Below the pieces are notes generated by a model. It worked only from the letters and a program-made list of their open reading frames with translations, searched no databases and was not told the DNA's origin. Shown here in pieces: positions 46,857 through 60,309 of a stretch of 64,000 nucleotides of DNA. Origin of the DNA: Amoebidium appalachense (taxonomy: Eukaryota; Protista; Ichthyosporea); contig CAVNZM010000012.1 of assembly GCA_963693365.1 (NCBI GenBank), positions 2,914,001 to 2,978,000 of the forward strand. The letters are read 5' to 3'. The stretch's first letter is position 1; each line of letters begins with the position of its first letter. The translations under genes were made by a program, and so were the position numbers.

Positions 46857-47935
46857 CCCCCCCCCCCCCCCCCTCCCCCCTTGGAGAGGGCTCTGCGAAG
46901 AACATTACGGGCTTTGCAAGCAGGAAGACTAATTTTCATTAAAAATAACCACAAAAAAAAAGGGGGGGGGGGGAAGGGGGGGGGGGGGGTCAGCACATAC
47001 TCATGTTCATGTACATGAACACTAAGACCCCTCAGTTGATCATTAGTAGGCATTGGAATTTTATCTGTCGGGCACTAACACTGTTCTGTAGGGGGTGTTT
47101 TTGAAAATCCGCCCAACATCAGATTCTAGCAACGAAGTTCACTGATTCTCTGAATATATCCACAGAGAAAGATTTTGTTCTTCAATTCCTATCCAATGAG
47201 AAGATCACAATCAGCAAAGAAAAGTCAAAAGCCTCAATCATCAGATTTGGCGTAAACTATTGGCCACTGTACGAAATCGATCTGTCGCTGAGCGATAGCA
47301 GATCTGGAGATTTGCGACAGATTAGAAAGGTTTTGGATAATCTCCCATTCGTGGGGGGTCTACGCCTACAAGCGTCGGCATTATAGCAGGAACCAATGAG
47401 CTTCTAGCATCCAACCGCCCGGACGCAGGCAAAATTATGGTTGTGATCACAGACGGGCAGAGTCACCCCATTTACAACCCCCTAGAGCCCGCAAGATTAG
47501 CGCGCGAAGCCGGAATTTCGATAATTTCAGTGGGTGTGCGCGATTATAACCTCACTGAGTTGCGTGGGATTGCTGGGAGGGATGATCGTGTGATCGAAGC
47601 AGAAGACTTTGAGCACCTGAACGATATGCTCGGCCAGCTACTGCATGTAATTTGCACGGTATCGGACCCTCCCCCCCCTCCCCCCCCCCAAAAAAAACCC
47701 CCTCTCGCCTTCCTTTCTCTATGTAAGATGTACGCTGTATTAGACCTCCCTCCCCTCCCCTTCCCTGTGTAGGTATTTCAGCTGTGTGCAGCAAAGCTTA
47801 GCCCAATTTCACGTTACCAAGGCAACGAGGTTTGGTCAGTCGATTTTTTTTTTGGGGGGGAGGGGGGAGGGGGGGGGGGTGGAGGGGGGGTGGGGGGGGG
47901 GGGGGGGGGGGGGGGAGGGGGGGGGGGGGGGGGGG

Positions 47936-47980
<45 letters not shown>

Positions 47981-48126
47981 AGAGGGAACACCGAGGGGAA
48001 GAGGGGGGGGGGGAGGGGGGGAGGGGGGAGACAAGAAAAATGTGAAAACAAGATGTATAGCCTTACCACAGTCTAAAGCAAACCCTTTTTGGCTAGCCCC
48101 TCTCCCCTTTCACACACACACACCGA

Positions 48127-48209
<83 letters not shown>

Positions 48210-49365
48210 CCCTTGGGGATCTTCCTCTCTCCCCCCCCCTCCTCCCCCCCCCCCTCCCCCCCCCCCCCCCCCCCCCGCCCCTCGCCCCCGCCTCCATCCC
48301 TCCCCCTCTGCATTTTCCCCATCCAACCAACCAACCCCAAACCATTCTGGGCCGGTTCCCTCTTTTAAAAAGAGTTCAGCCTGTTTTCTTTGCATCTTCA
48401 ATTCCTACCTCACGCTAATGTGTAATTCGCTCACAGACTGTGCCGCGCAATGGTGGGTGGAGTGAGTGGCAGGCCGGGGCATGCGACTGCAACAGTCACA
48501 GCAAGACCATGATTAGATACTGCAACAACCCGTATCCCAACGATGAAGGTGCGTAATTTTAGAACTACCGGCGGTATTTAGGCAACACGGATATTAGTAT
48601 GCCTATGTTCTGGCTCATTTCATCGTCTCCATCTGCTCTCTTATCTTTTTCTACCATTCCTCCTCCTCTCCTTTACTTCCTCAACCCCTTCCTTTTCCGA
48701 GCCCTCATCCAACCCACCCACCCCTTTCCACAAGGCGACCCCCTCCCCCCCTCCCCCCCTCCCCCCTCTCCCCTCCCCCCTCTCCCCTCCCCCCCCCCCC
48801 CCCCCAAAAAAAAAAAAAAAAAACCTCCCTTCATACCCCTCATTTTCTCCCTCTTTCCCTGCCACCCCACACCCTACACATGCACGCATGCAGAAATTCA
48901 CGGCAATCGATTTGTGAAATCGAACTTCTTCTTTTTCATATCCCCGCCTCCTCCTCCTCCTCACCCCCCCTGGGGGGCGCGCAAAAACAGGGGAGAAGAA
49001 AAAAAATGAAAAATGAAACACAAGACACCCCAAAAGAGCAGATCATACTAGTAATAACTTTATTTTTATATTCCGTGCCTGCCACTTTTTTTCAAAAACC
49101 CCCATTACTAAAATTACTCTACTCAAACACCACAGGCAAGCCCTGCGAGCAGACACCCCCCGGCATCTTCACTCACCAGTCAATCAACGGAACGGACACA
49201 CAGACACACATTCTGACTGTCCCCTGCCTACCCAACGAGTGCCCAGTATGCAACCCCCCCAACCCAACCCCCCCCCCCCCCCCATCCACTTGCCCCGCTC
49301 CCCCCCCCCCCCTCCCCCTCCCCCCCCCCCCGGTGCCATTGCCTTTCCCTTCCCTGTAACTGGCC

Positions 49366-49399
<34 letters not shown>

Positions 49400-49535
49400 C
49401 CTCCACCATCCTCCCCTCCCCAAAGAAAAAAAAAGAGAACCCGTGAATCCTCACACCCATTCACATTCACACATGCCCTCCCCCCCTCTTCCTCCCGCCT
49501 CCCCCCCCCCCCCCCCCCCCCCTTCCCCCCCTCTC

Positions 49536-49568
<33 letters not shown>

Positions 49569-50654
49569 ACCCATCACCGCTGCCAGCCCCCACATCCCCC
49601 TTTCAGGCTCTCTGAGTGTTAGCAATGCTTTCATATATGATTCTCAATCTGTTCCCACCTCTGTTATCTGTAAAATTCAATCCCCTGCTCTATTTTCTCC
49701 AAGTATCCCCTCCGTTTTCTCCCTTCTCCCCTGTCCCTTCCCCTCCCCTTTTTCCCCCCATCCCCACCCCTTCCTCCCCACCCATTCTCTCCCTCTCTAA
49801 GGGGCGGCTTCATTGTGGATCCACCCCACCCCTCACCCTTTTTAGAATTTTCTTGCATGCGGAATCTGACGGTTTTCTTTCCACAGACTACCACTACAAC
49901 GACGACGACCACCGCCACCACCACCACCACCACCACCACCACCACCACCACAACAACAACAACCCCGCCTCCCACCACCGTCACCACCACCACCACCACT
50001 ACTTCCACCACCACCCCTCCTCCCACCACCACCACCACCATCACCACCACCACCCCTATTCCCACCACCACCACCACCACCACCACCACCACCACCACCA
50101 CCACTACCACCCTTCCTCCCACCACCACCACCACCACGACCACCACCACCACCACCACCACCACCACCACCACCACAACAACAACAACAACAACAACAAC
50201 AACCCCGCGTCCCACCAACGTCACCACCACCACCACCACTACCACCACCACCACCCCTATTCCCACCACCACCACCACCACCACCACCCCTCCTCCCACC
50301 ACCACCCTTCCTCCCACCACCGCCATTCCCGTTGAGCCCACACACACCTATGACCCCGAGTCTATTCTCCCCGAACCAACAACCACTACCGGCCCGGCTG
50401 CCCCTATAGCTACAACAACCCAATCGTCAGAGGAAGTCAAGGCAGAAACAAAATCCCAAAACAAAAGCGTTCTTATTGGGGGTGTGGTGGGAGGTGTTTT
50501 GGGCACGGTTGTTCTAGTAGGTTCTGTTGGTGGATATATGATGTACCGTCATAGGTTGAATGCGGCCGGTGCAAATGATTTTGAGTTTGAGCAGGATATG
50601 GGTAGCGAGGTGGGGTTGGGCAGTGCGGGGTTGAGCACGGTAAGCATCAATTAG
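45642..50654 (+). CDS. Type I surface protein: signal peptide - vWA (MIDAS) - thrombospondin type 1 repeat - Thr/Pro mucin stalk - TM - short acidic tail; 6 exons, one frameshift at 47353-47358
   Basis: Exons 45642-45778, 46397-46476, 47166-47658, 48437-48548, 49136-49245, 49887-50654. vWA: CENAKYDFAFVLDSSSSIG..GGSTPT..MVVITDGQ..ISVGV. TSP1: NGGWSEWQAGACDC..MIRYCNNPYP..GKPC..PCLPNECP. ~140-aa poly-Thr stalk. TM VLIGGVVGGVLGTVVLVGSVGGYMMY. One extra G in a G6 run is needed to keep the frame. Confidence 0.85.
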
Positions 50655-50729
50655 TGCTGTATGAATAGATTTTACATAGGATTAAAATCTATCTCTTGAA
50701 AATGATTGGTAGATCCATATTGCTTGCCC

Positions 50730-50802
50730 AGAGCCCGTGAGACTGATAAAATTTTAGGTGCGAGCCTAGAGCCCGTGAGACTGATAAAATTTTAGGTGCG
50801 AG
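50730..50802. repeat. Tandem duplication of a 35-bp segment (38-bp period) downstream of the adhesin gene
   Basis: agagcccgtgagactgataaaattttaggtgcgag occurs twice. Confidence 0.9.
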
Positions 50803-51345
50803 ATTGTATCTCGCTACTGTATTGGGTACCTAATGCAAAACGTATCCCACCCCCTAAAAAAGCATAAGTTTCAAAAATCGTTTTGATTGCATTCAGAGTT
50901 TGTCGTCTAAATGGGCTTGCACCTTCATTTTGCCTCTTACCCAAACGGATTCCCCGTGCATTGATGTGTATTTTCTGTTATTTACATCCATCGAATATCA
51001 TAACTATACAAAATGAACATAGCTGCATGTCCCAACGTCCCAAGGGTTGTATTGAAAGTTGGGCACACGAAACGTGTCTTGTGTTTGAACAAGAAAGAAG
51101 ACATTCAATTTGGGCTAGTATACAACAGGAATCCCTCACTCAATGTTACGAATGAGACCTACAAAACAAATAAACTTTTCAATAATAACAACAACTTGGC
51201 AACAATAATAACTATTATTGAATTATAAAAATAACAATAACAGCAATAACAATAACAACAAAAACTACAATAATAATAAGTTTAAAAGTCCGAGACCGTT
51301 CCGCAAATCTCAGTTTTAAGTGCTGCCAACATAAATTCAGCAATT

Positions 51346-52860
51346 TCATTGGTTGCTCCTTTGTTCCTGCTGCTCTTCATGCGTGAGCCTCTCAAACACC
51401 GCCAGTTGCTCCGCCTTAATCGTCTCCAAATCATCCGCCGAATATTTCGGCACCCACACACTCGTTAAGGCGCCCACAGCCATCACACCCGCACACACAA
51501 AAAGTACTGTGCGCACACTAGTTGCCGCCATAAGAGGTGGGAACGCATACCCCGCAATTCCTGCACCGATTTTTCCGGAAGCCGCAGCGAAACCGTGGCA
51601 TGTAGACTTAACCTGCGTAGGAAAATACTCTCCAGGGATAACATATGTCGTTGTATTCGGGCCGAAATTACTGAAGAAATATGTCAACCCGTAGAGAATA
51701 ATAAACAGGGCAGGAATTTCTTGCAGCTGCGCGAACGCAGATGCGAGAATCACATAAAGGACTGTAAGGATGGTAAAACCCATGAGCTGAATGTTCCACC
51801 GACCAATCATATCCAAGAGGGCCACAGATACCCAATAGCCGGGTATGGCCATAAGCACCACATAGAGGGAGTTGAGGGCTTGATCTTCGACGGATGAACC
51901 AAGACCCATGGCTCTGTGGGCAGGGGAAAACGGTGTTAGTTGGTTCAACATCAGATAGGGCAGGGGGTGGAGAAAGAGTAAACGGGGCGAGGTGCGGGCA
52001 GGGGAGGGGGTAAGTGGTGTAAGTCTTTTTTTCTTTTTTTTTTGGGGGGGGGGGGAGGGGGAGTGGGGATGATGGAACCTAAAGGAATAAGAGGGTTTGG
52101 GTCGTAGGGTAAGAGAGAGGGGGGGGGGGGGGGGGAGGGAGGGGGGAGATAATAGAACTTAAGTGACCGGTAAGCAACGTTTTTGGGGTCTCAATGAAAA
52201 TGGGTGGGGAGGGGACACTTACGCAGTGATGTAGGTGCTGAACAGTCCATTGCCATAAAAGGCAACATCCAATAGGAACCAGGCAGCCGCAGTACCCACC
52301 ATAGGCCTCCACCACACCTTAACCGCAGCCTTAACATTTGCCCAATGGCTCACCCTCTCTTTCTTTGCCTCTTTAAAGTCTTCCGTTTCGTGCATTTTGG
52401 CGCGGAACCAGAAGATAGCAAGTGGTGGGACGGCGCCAAAAGCAAGACAGAAGCGCCATGTGAACTCATAACTGCAGCCGGCAAAGAGGAGAATGGTCAC
52501 AAGACCTGTGGCTAGAAGCTGACCGAAACCCTGTGGGAATGGGAGGGGAAAAGGGATCAAGTGTGAGGGATGGCAGGATGGGGGGAGGGGGGAAGGAGTG
52601 GCGGGGGGAGGGGGGGGGGGGGGGGGAGGGGGGGGCTAGGGGGAAGGAAGGCTAGCACACAGCCACATGTTCACTACACGGCAATAAAATTTGACGTTTA
52701 GGAGAAAGGGGACTACGTTCTTGGAGGAAAAAAAAGGGGGGGGTGCATGCTCTTCTAACGTTTTGTTGCGATTTAAAAGCTAAAGAGGTGTGTATAGAGA
52801 AAAAAAGGAAAGTACGACATGGAACTTATCCCAGCTAGGGTCCGAGGGGGGGGGGGGGGG

Positions 52861-52898
<38 letters not shown>

Positions 52899-53886
52899 GA
52901 GCGCTGTTAGCACTCACCTGCATAGCAAACACAGCGGCCATAACTTTTCCTCTGATCATTGGCCCAGATGCCTCGGCAGCAATGGTGGCAGCTAGGGGGT
53001 ACTCTCCCCCCACACCCAACCCAAGAATAAACCGCCAAAAGGCAAGCTGCTGATATATTCCAAAAGTTTCGTTGTCAAATACGCACGCAGACCCGATTCC
53101 TCCTACTGCGATCAATATGAGCGTTGCGACAAAAATCACTTTACGCCCAATGTAATCGGCAAATCCTCCAAAGATGATTTGACCGCACACGGCACCCCAT
53201 AGGGCTGTTGATGCCACGGCTGATTTGTCGGCAGATGTTTGGGGGTAGAGGGTCTTCATGATGTTAAGTACGTTGTTGATCACAAAGAGGTCGTAGCTGT
53301 TAGAAAGTGGGGTTAGGCTCCTATGGTACACTTCAAATAGTCTGCCTTTGCATGGGATATTTTTGTTTCACATCGACGTCTGTGTCGGTTTCCCTATTAT
53401 TACATTCCCCAAGGGCAATATTATGCATCGGATTGGGCTGTTGGGCCAGTTTCTTTAGTTAATCATCCCTCCTTCCCTATTTTCTCCCTTCCTCCCTTTT
53501 TCTCCTTTCTTTATTTCTTTTTTCAGTTTTTTTTGTTTGTATGTTTTTGTTTTTTGTGTGTTATGTTGGGGGAGGGGGGAGGTGGAAGGGGCGGGTTTCG
53601 GGGAGTGGCCCCGGAAAGGACGGGAGGGGAGGGAGGGAGAAGGGGGAACAGAAATGGAGACTTACGCGTCAGCCAGAAATCCCGTGCCCACAACCACGAT
53701 CTGGCCCAGCATTTTCTTGTTGAAAATGTCCGCACAGCCACGGCCATTTCCAGCCCCACCGTCCTGGGCATCGGCAAGGGCGGAGAGTGCACCCTCGTCC
53801 GTTTCAGCGTCAAACATGGTGTCATCTTTAACAAATTTGGACGGTGGGGCCTCTGGAAGGCCGCCGTTGTTGATGGTAATTGACAT
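51346..53886 (-). CDS. Pho84/PHT1-like inorganic phosphate:H+ symporter (MFS), 4 exons
   Basis: Exons 53886-53666, 53296-52918, 52530-52223, 51913-51346. Family motifs GTGFLADAYDLFVI, WRFILGLGVGGEYPLAATI, RGKVMAAVFAMQGFG, WFLLDVAFYG, FFSNFGPNTTTYVIPGEYFPT..STCHGFAAASGKIGA. Confidence 0.93.
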
Positions 53887-54220
53887 GGTGGCGTGTTAGA
53901 TTAACACAGGGGGAAATGGAGGCAGTTTTTTTCTTGCTCGGTCGTTTTTTGGGAAGGAAGTTGTGCCAGGTCACAAGGGTTCTCACGTCACACGTTCTCT
54001 TTCTTGTAGAATTCCGTGATGGTTGTTGTGCTGAACAAAGGAAGAAAAGCAATCGCAGAATGGTAAAAAATATATTGAGAGGCTGCGTGTGCGTTGCGGG
54101 GCTCAAATCAAATACAAGCCCTTTCGAATTCGCTTTGTGTGCACGTTGCCTCTAAGCTTTTCTTCGTTTTGTCCGGCTTTTGAGGGGATGTTTTCTGACT
54201 GATGTGTTCCCATGAGACGG

Positions 54221-54232
54221 CTCTTTATATAG
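54221..54232 (-). promoter_or_regulatory. TATA box upstream of the phosphate transporter
   Basis: ctatataaagag on the - strand, identical 12-mer to the C69 TATA; CCAAT boxes ~30 and ~130 nt upstream. Confidence 0.5.
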
Positions 54233-54845
54233 TGGCACGATCTTGATTGCTGAGAGATGATTGGACACAGGCTGAGCCGTGTATCCCCTATGATTGCTCC
54301 AAAAGCCATTCTTTCAATATTTTGGAAAATTTGCCTTCATAAATATATTTTTACTTGAGAAGATTGGTTTCTAAGGGGGTTCTACACTCTAGCTTGTCCT
54401 TTTACTGATAAACCACTGGCTGCCGTGACGTCACAGTAATCCGCTGTGACTTGTTCATAACAAACAATCGCCAAAAAGGAACAAAATACAATAAACGCCC
54501 TACTCCAATATAAAAATAAATTCATCTGTTCTCACCAATCATTTCGTTTATTAATCCACACACACGCATTTATCATTTGGCTTTTTTTTGAACTGTTCAA
54601 AGCCTCATGACGTATTTACATTCCCGCCCCGATGATACCGGGCCATGCACGCACCAATCATCTTTCAGCACATGTTTGCGCCAAGGGCCCAACCAAAACA
54701 ATCCCCAGCGCAACGTGGTGAACGCTGCAGCTGAGTTCTTTCTCGCAAGCTGGAGGTTGTCCCACGTACAAAGTTAATGCACTCATGTAGTCACATGCAC
54801 ATGCTTGTCATCTAAGTAACTGACCTATGTAGGTGTAGCAACTAA

Positions 54846-55376
54846 CTACTGAGAGTTGTGTTCCTTTCTCTTCACCTTGATATCTGACCGTATCAGTTGT
54901 GTGTATGTATATGCATCACCAACGTTGCTCCCTGCGCCGAAGCCTTCTATATCATATCCTCCGAGTGAGTCTACCATCAGCGTAGTAGTAAAGACCGAAT
55001 ACGGTCATCGGCCTCACATATGCACATAGTGACTTACCAGAATTCGAAGTGGTTCCCCAGCCCTCAGCCACATGTGTATATTGCTTGCTGTGCTTGGAAA
55101 AGGCCACAAAAAGTGTGTTGAGTGGGGACAGAGCACGACCGTGTCCCAAGACTCTTGGTTCGAAACCTTGTTACACTTTATTATCGGGAAACGGAGGTGA
55201 CATTATCATAGGCAGACGGTGGGGGAGAGGGGGGGGGGGGGGGGGGGGTCGGGGGGGGGGGGGGGGGGGGGGGAGGGAGGGAGGAGGGGGGAGGGGGGCC
55301 GGGGGGGTGATGGTGTGATTAACATCAAAGCCGGAGCTCGAGCCCCCTGCCCCCTGCACACACACACACACACACA

Positions 55377-55430
<54 letters not shown>

Positions 55431-55632
55431 CCCCGATCTATCTCTATCCATCTCTCTCTCTCCTTCCTTCTCCCCCCCTCCCTCTCTCTCCCTCCCCCTC
55501 TCTCTCCTCTCCCTCCCTCTCTCCCTCTCTTTCTCTCCCCCCCCCCCCCCCCCTCTCTCTCTCTCTCCCTCCCTCCCTCCCTCCCTCCCTCCCTCTCCAC
55601 CCCCGTTCTCTCTCTCTCTCTCTCTCTCCCTC

Positions 55633-55710
<78 letters not shown>

Positions 55711-56124
55711 GGGGGAGAGGGGGAGGGGGGGAGGAGTGGAGGAGATGATATCGAGGCTGGGGACTCCCCAACCTCGATATAATGAAATAATAAAGAAAAC
55801 AGGAGCAAGGGTGGGGTGGGGTGGGGGGGGAAGCAGGGGAGAGGGGGGCCCGGGAAGGAGGGGGGAGGGAGGGGGGGGGGGGGGGGGGGTGGAGGCTTTG
55901 GGACCTCCAGGTGCACAACGTTTTCTGCACAACTTGAAAAAGTTGTGAAAAAAGTTTCTTGGATTTGTAGGCAAGTCAAAGAAATTCATTGTGCACACGT
56001 GTTAACGTGCTAAGAGTCAAGTCAGAAAAAGTGTATAATGAAATAATAAAGAAAACAGGAACAAGGGTGGGGTGGGGTGAGGGGGGAAGCAGGGGAGAGG
56101 GGGGCCCGGGAAGGAGGGGGGGGG

Positions 56125-56159
<35 letters not shown>

Positions 56160-57464
56160 CTTTGGGACCTCCAGGTGCACAACGTTTTCTGCACAACTTG
56201 AAAAAGTTGTGAAAAAAGTTTCTTGGATTTGTAGGCAAGTCAAAGAAATTCATCGTGCACACGTGTTAACGTGCTAAAAGTCAAGTCAGAAAAAGTGTCT
56301 GCGTCACTAACAGTTTGGTTGCGAGTGTACATCGAAAGTTCATGCATCCCTGCCAGCGAACATGTGTGTGTGTGTACATTATGTCACCGTTGCCGGTGTG
56401 TGGGTGTTTTTTTTTTTGTGTGTGTGTGTGTGTGTGTGTTGTGTGTATGTGTGTGTGTGTGTTGTGTGTGTGTGTGCGTGTATGTGTGTGTGTGTGCCAT
56501 GTGACTGCGCGTGTGTGTGTGTGTGTGTGTGGTTCGTGTGTGTGCGTGTGCATGTGTGCGTGTGTGTGTATGTGTGTGAGTGTGAGTGTGAATGTGAGTG
56601 CGAGTGTGTGTATGGATGTGTATGCGTTTTTGTTTGTGTGTGCGTAGGGGGGGGGGGGGGGGGGGTACGTTTGTGTGTGTGTGTGCGTGCGTGTGCGTGT
56701 GTGTGGTGTGACAGTGTGCACTTCGACATAACCCAATACTGACCCACACTGTATCTCAACACGAACATACCAAGTTGAATCCGATAGCAGAGAAAATGAC
56801 CAACTCTAAACAAAACCCATCAGAAACTTAAATAACAAATCAAAAACCTCTGCCCAAAAACTAAAACAGTTAATTTACGTGCACATTCACTGCAAGCGCA
56901 TCATCGTCTATATAACGAATTTTCGAAATCCCACGTGCTGTGCTTACTACGTTTTTCCAGCCCTATTGTGCACAACACATCTCAATAATGTAACCGGATG
57001 TGGTTCGAAATCGGGCCATGTACATGCATCTATACATGTTTTAGGCCTGGCACTGGCGTAAGCACAAAGTTTAAATTCATTGTCGTCATATGCATCATGT
57101 AGCTATTTTCTATATGCACAGCAACATGGTGTCATGTAGCGCATGGCCAGCCGCATGTATACAAACCCCCCTCCCCCCCCCTCCCCGCGTCCCCCTCCCC
57201 CCCCCCTCCCCCCCCAAAAATAAAATAAAATAAAAAATCCCCCTGACGATCCGAACCGTAGTCCGTGGGCAGCGCCTTTTCTCAGACCGGCGGCTTACAT
57301 TATGGTTGTTGTGGTGTGTGGTTGTGCAGGTGGTGGCTATTTCTGGGGTCGACAGGGAAGTCTTTTTTGGTCACGTGAGTGTGTGGGCGGGGAAACATGA
57401 ATGATTAATCATAGGATGAACTATCAAACACACGGAGATCATCCCGGCATACAGATGTCATGAA

Positions 57465-57524
<60 letters not shown>

Positions 57525-57602
57525 ATGTGCGTATGCGTGTGTGTGCGGGCACGCGCGCACCCGTGCTCGCACCGTGCGCACGCACGTGCGTGTGCAGGTG
57601 GC

Positions 57603-57666
<64 letters not shown>

Positions 57667-60265
57667 GTGCGTGTTTTCGTGTGTGTGTGTGTATGGGTCC
57701 ATGCGTGTGTGCATGCACATCGTAGTGCACATCGTATTTACTTCAAGGCAAAAGCTTCAACACATTTTTTCAGGCCAAGATGAAAGTTAGCTTTGAACAC
57801 GAAAGCACCAACCTGTAACAGGCCCATAATGAAATATTGAACAAGTATAGAAATTTCCCAACTTGAACTAAAACAAAACAAAAACATGACTCCAATCGCA
57901 AAAAACCAAAGAAGAACATCAACACACCCTCATGTGCCCACTTATCTATGGCATGCACGGTGCCGCCTAACACATTCCCGAAATTCCGTGCACATATAGT
58001 AAGCCATTTGAATGTAGTACGCTCTGGGTACCCCGTGGCCAACACGCACATAGTCTCCCGCCTGCCATAAATGTTTATAACACGCACACAATCTGCACAC
58101 AGTTTTTGTGACACAAACTGGGGAGCAGACAGTGTTTTGCGGTCACATCGTGAGGGTAAAGGGGTGCCCTGGAAGACAGTGTCGCCTCCCCCCCTCCCCT
58201 CCCCCCCTCACACACATGCAGCGGCCCACCTCCCCCAGCACACCTCCAACCACCCAGCCCTCCCCCCCCTCCCCCCCCCCCCCCCCCACCACCCCCTTCC
58301 CCCACCTTCTTAAACCTCCCCCCTTCCCCCTCCACCTCCCCCCCCCCCCCCCCCCCCCTCCACACACACACACACACACACACCAGAAAAATGGCCATGC
58401 GGATGGCCATCGCGTCCGGCTCCGAGTTGCCATAGGATTTTGCCAGTACTGTAACACACAACACCACCAAACCGTTAAAATCTTCTGCGTGGATGTACAT
58501 TGTACATCCCACTGACTAACGATTAGCATACACTGTCCCAATGGCCAAGGCACTGTCAACCGTGTTGTAGCTTATAACATTTAGCCCATCCTTAATAACC
58601 ACCTGTAAATATCGGGCTTATACACTGTGTACTACATCCCGCCCCCCTCCCCCTCTCCCTCCCCTCCCCCCGGGACCCCCCTTGAGCTGGCCTACAAGGC
58701 CTTATCGCCAAAACTTTCAAGCGACACCATGCACTACCCTTCCCCCCCCCCCCCCCCTCCCCTCCCCCCTCCTGTTGGAGTGCAGACTTACGCTCACTCC
58801 ACTATATGTGTATGTTAGCTTTACAATTGGTTCCGTGTACATAGACACATGCTGACACTCGATCACCACATGCACATCTGCATAGTTGAGGAATGTTGCC
58901 AATTGTGTTTTGACTGCAAACGATTGGTTCACTGGTCCCAGAGATATCTAAATGAAAGTAACCAATCCGATTAGCGCCTGGCATCCGGATTACATTCCAG
59001 ACTGCTGCCCCACGGGTATATAAGCCACGTCTCTGCCAGGTGCAGACATGGAGTTAAGTCATGGAGTTAAGTCATGGAGTTCAGTCATGGAGTTAACACA
59101 CTGAAAGCAGTAAAAAACGGGTCAGCGCCCAAGCGCGCCACGACGACCCTAGTCACAGCGGACTCTACTTCCAACAGGGTTATGGGCCCAGACACGACAC
59201 CGCGGCCTCTAACTTCACGTCCCCTACGACGCCTTGAACGGAGGAGCCCAGAAACCGACTTCTAGGCTGTACCCTACACCCGCGAGCGTATTTCCGTGAA
59301 GTAGAGACTTTCGCTTCCACAAACTCCATCCGCAGCAGCCTGCGACATCAACGTCAAGTATTCCACTTCATTGGCGGGGCACGCACCACAGTGGAATGCA
59401 CACCCCGGTCTACCCTGCAAGCAGCCACACTCACTCTCTCTTCTCTAGTGGTGTGTACACTTCTCCAATTGGGTAGGGGTGTTGGAGTGCAGACTTACGC
59501 TCACTCCACTATATGTGTATGTTAGCTTTACAATTGGTTCCGTGTACATAGACACATGCTGACACTCGATCACCACATGCACATCTGCATAGTTGAGGAA
59601 TGTTGCCAATTGTGTTTTGACTGCAAACGATTGGTTCACTGGTCCCAGAGATATCTAAATGAAAGTAACCAATCCGATTAGCGCCTGGCATCCGGATTAC
59701 ATTCCAGACTGCTGCCCCACGGGTATATAAGCCACGTCTCTGCCAGGTGCAGACATGGAGTTAAGTCATGGAGTTAAGTCATGGAGTTCAGTCATGGAGT
59801 TAACACACTGAAAGCAGTAAAAAACGGGTCAGCGCCCAAGCGCGCCACGACGACCCTAGTCACAGCGGACTCTACTTCCAACACCTCCCTCCCTCCCCCC
59901 CCCCCCCCTCCCTTTCCCTTCCCCCCACGGGGGTTCTCCTTAACACGATGGAAGCTAAGTCTGTCCGGATCCCCTTAGAATTAATAACCTAGAAATATTA
60001 GGCTAGCTCTGTGCCCCCCCTTCCCCCCCCCCCCCCCCCCCCCCCCTCCCCTCCCCCCCCCCCCCCCCCCCATAAAAAAAGAAAAACACACTCACACACA
60101 CGCCCCACCACCAGTACCACGGTTCCGAAAGGGATCCGTCTGTAGTGATGCTCCCAATGGGTCTCTCAGGGAGACACGCTTAAATAAAATTGATGGCTCT
60201 ATACCATACTAGTAGTTCATGTACATACGCCATCCCCTCCTCTCGCCTCTTCTCTCCTCCCCTAG

Positions 60266-60309
<44 letters not shown>

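Noticed and set aside
54100-54800. Pho4-type CACGTK sites upstream of the phosphate transporter
   Set aside because: Only isolated CACGTT-type hits, and CACGT is very common in this CA/TG-rich DNA.
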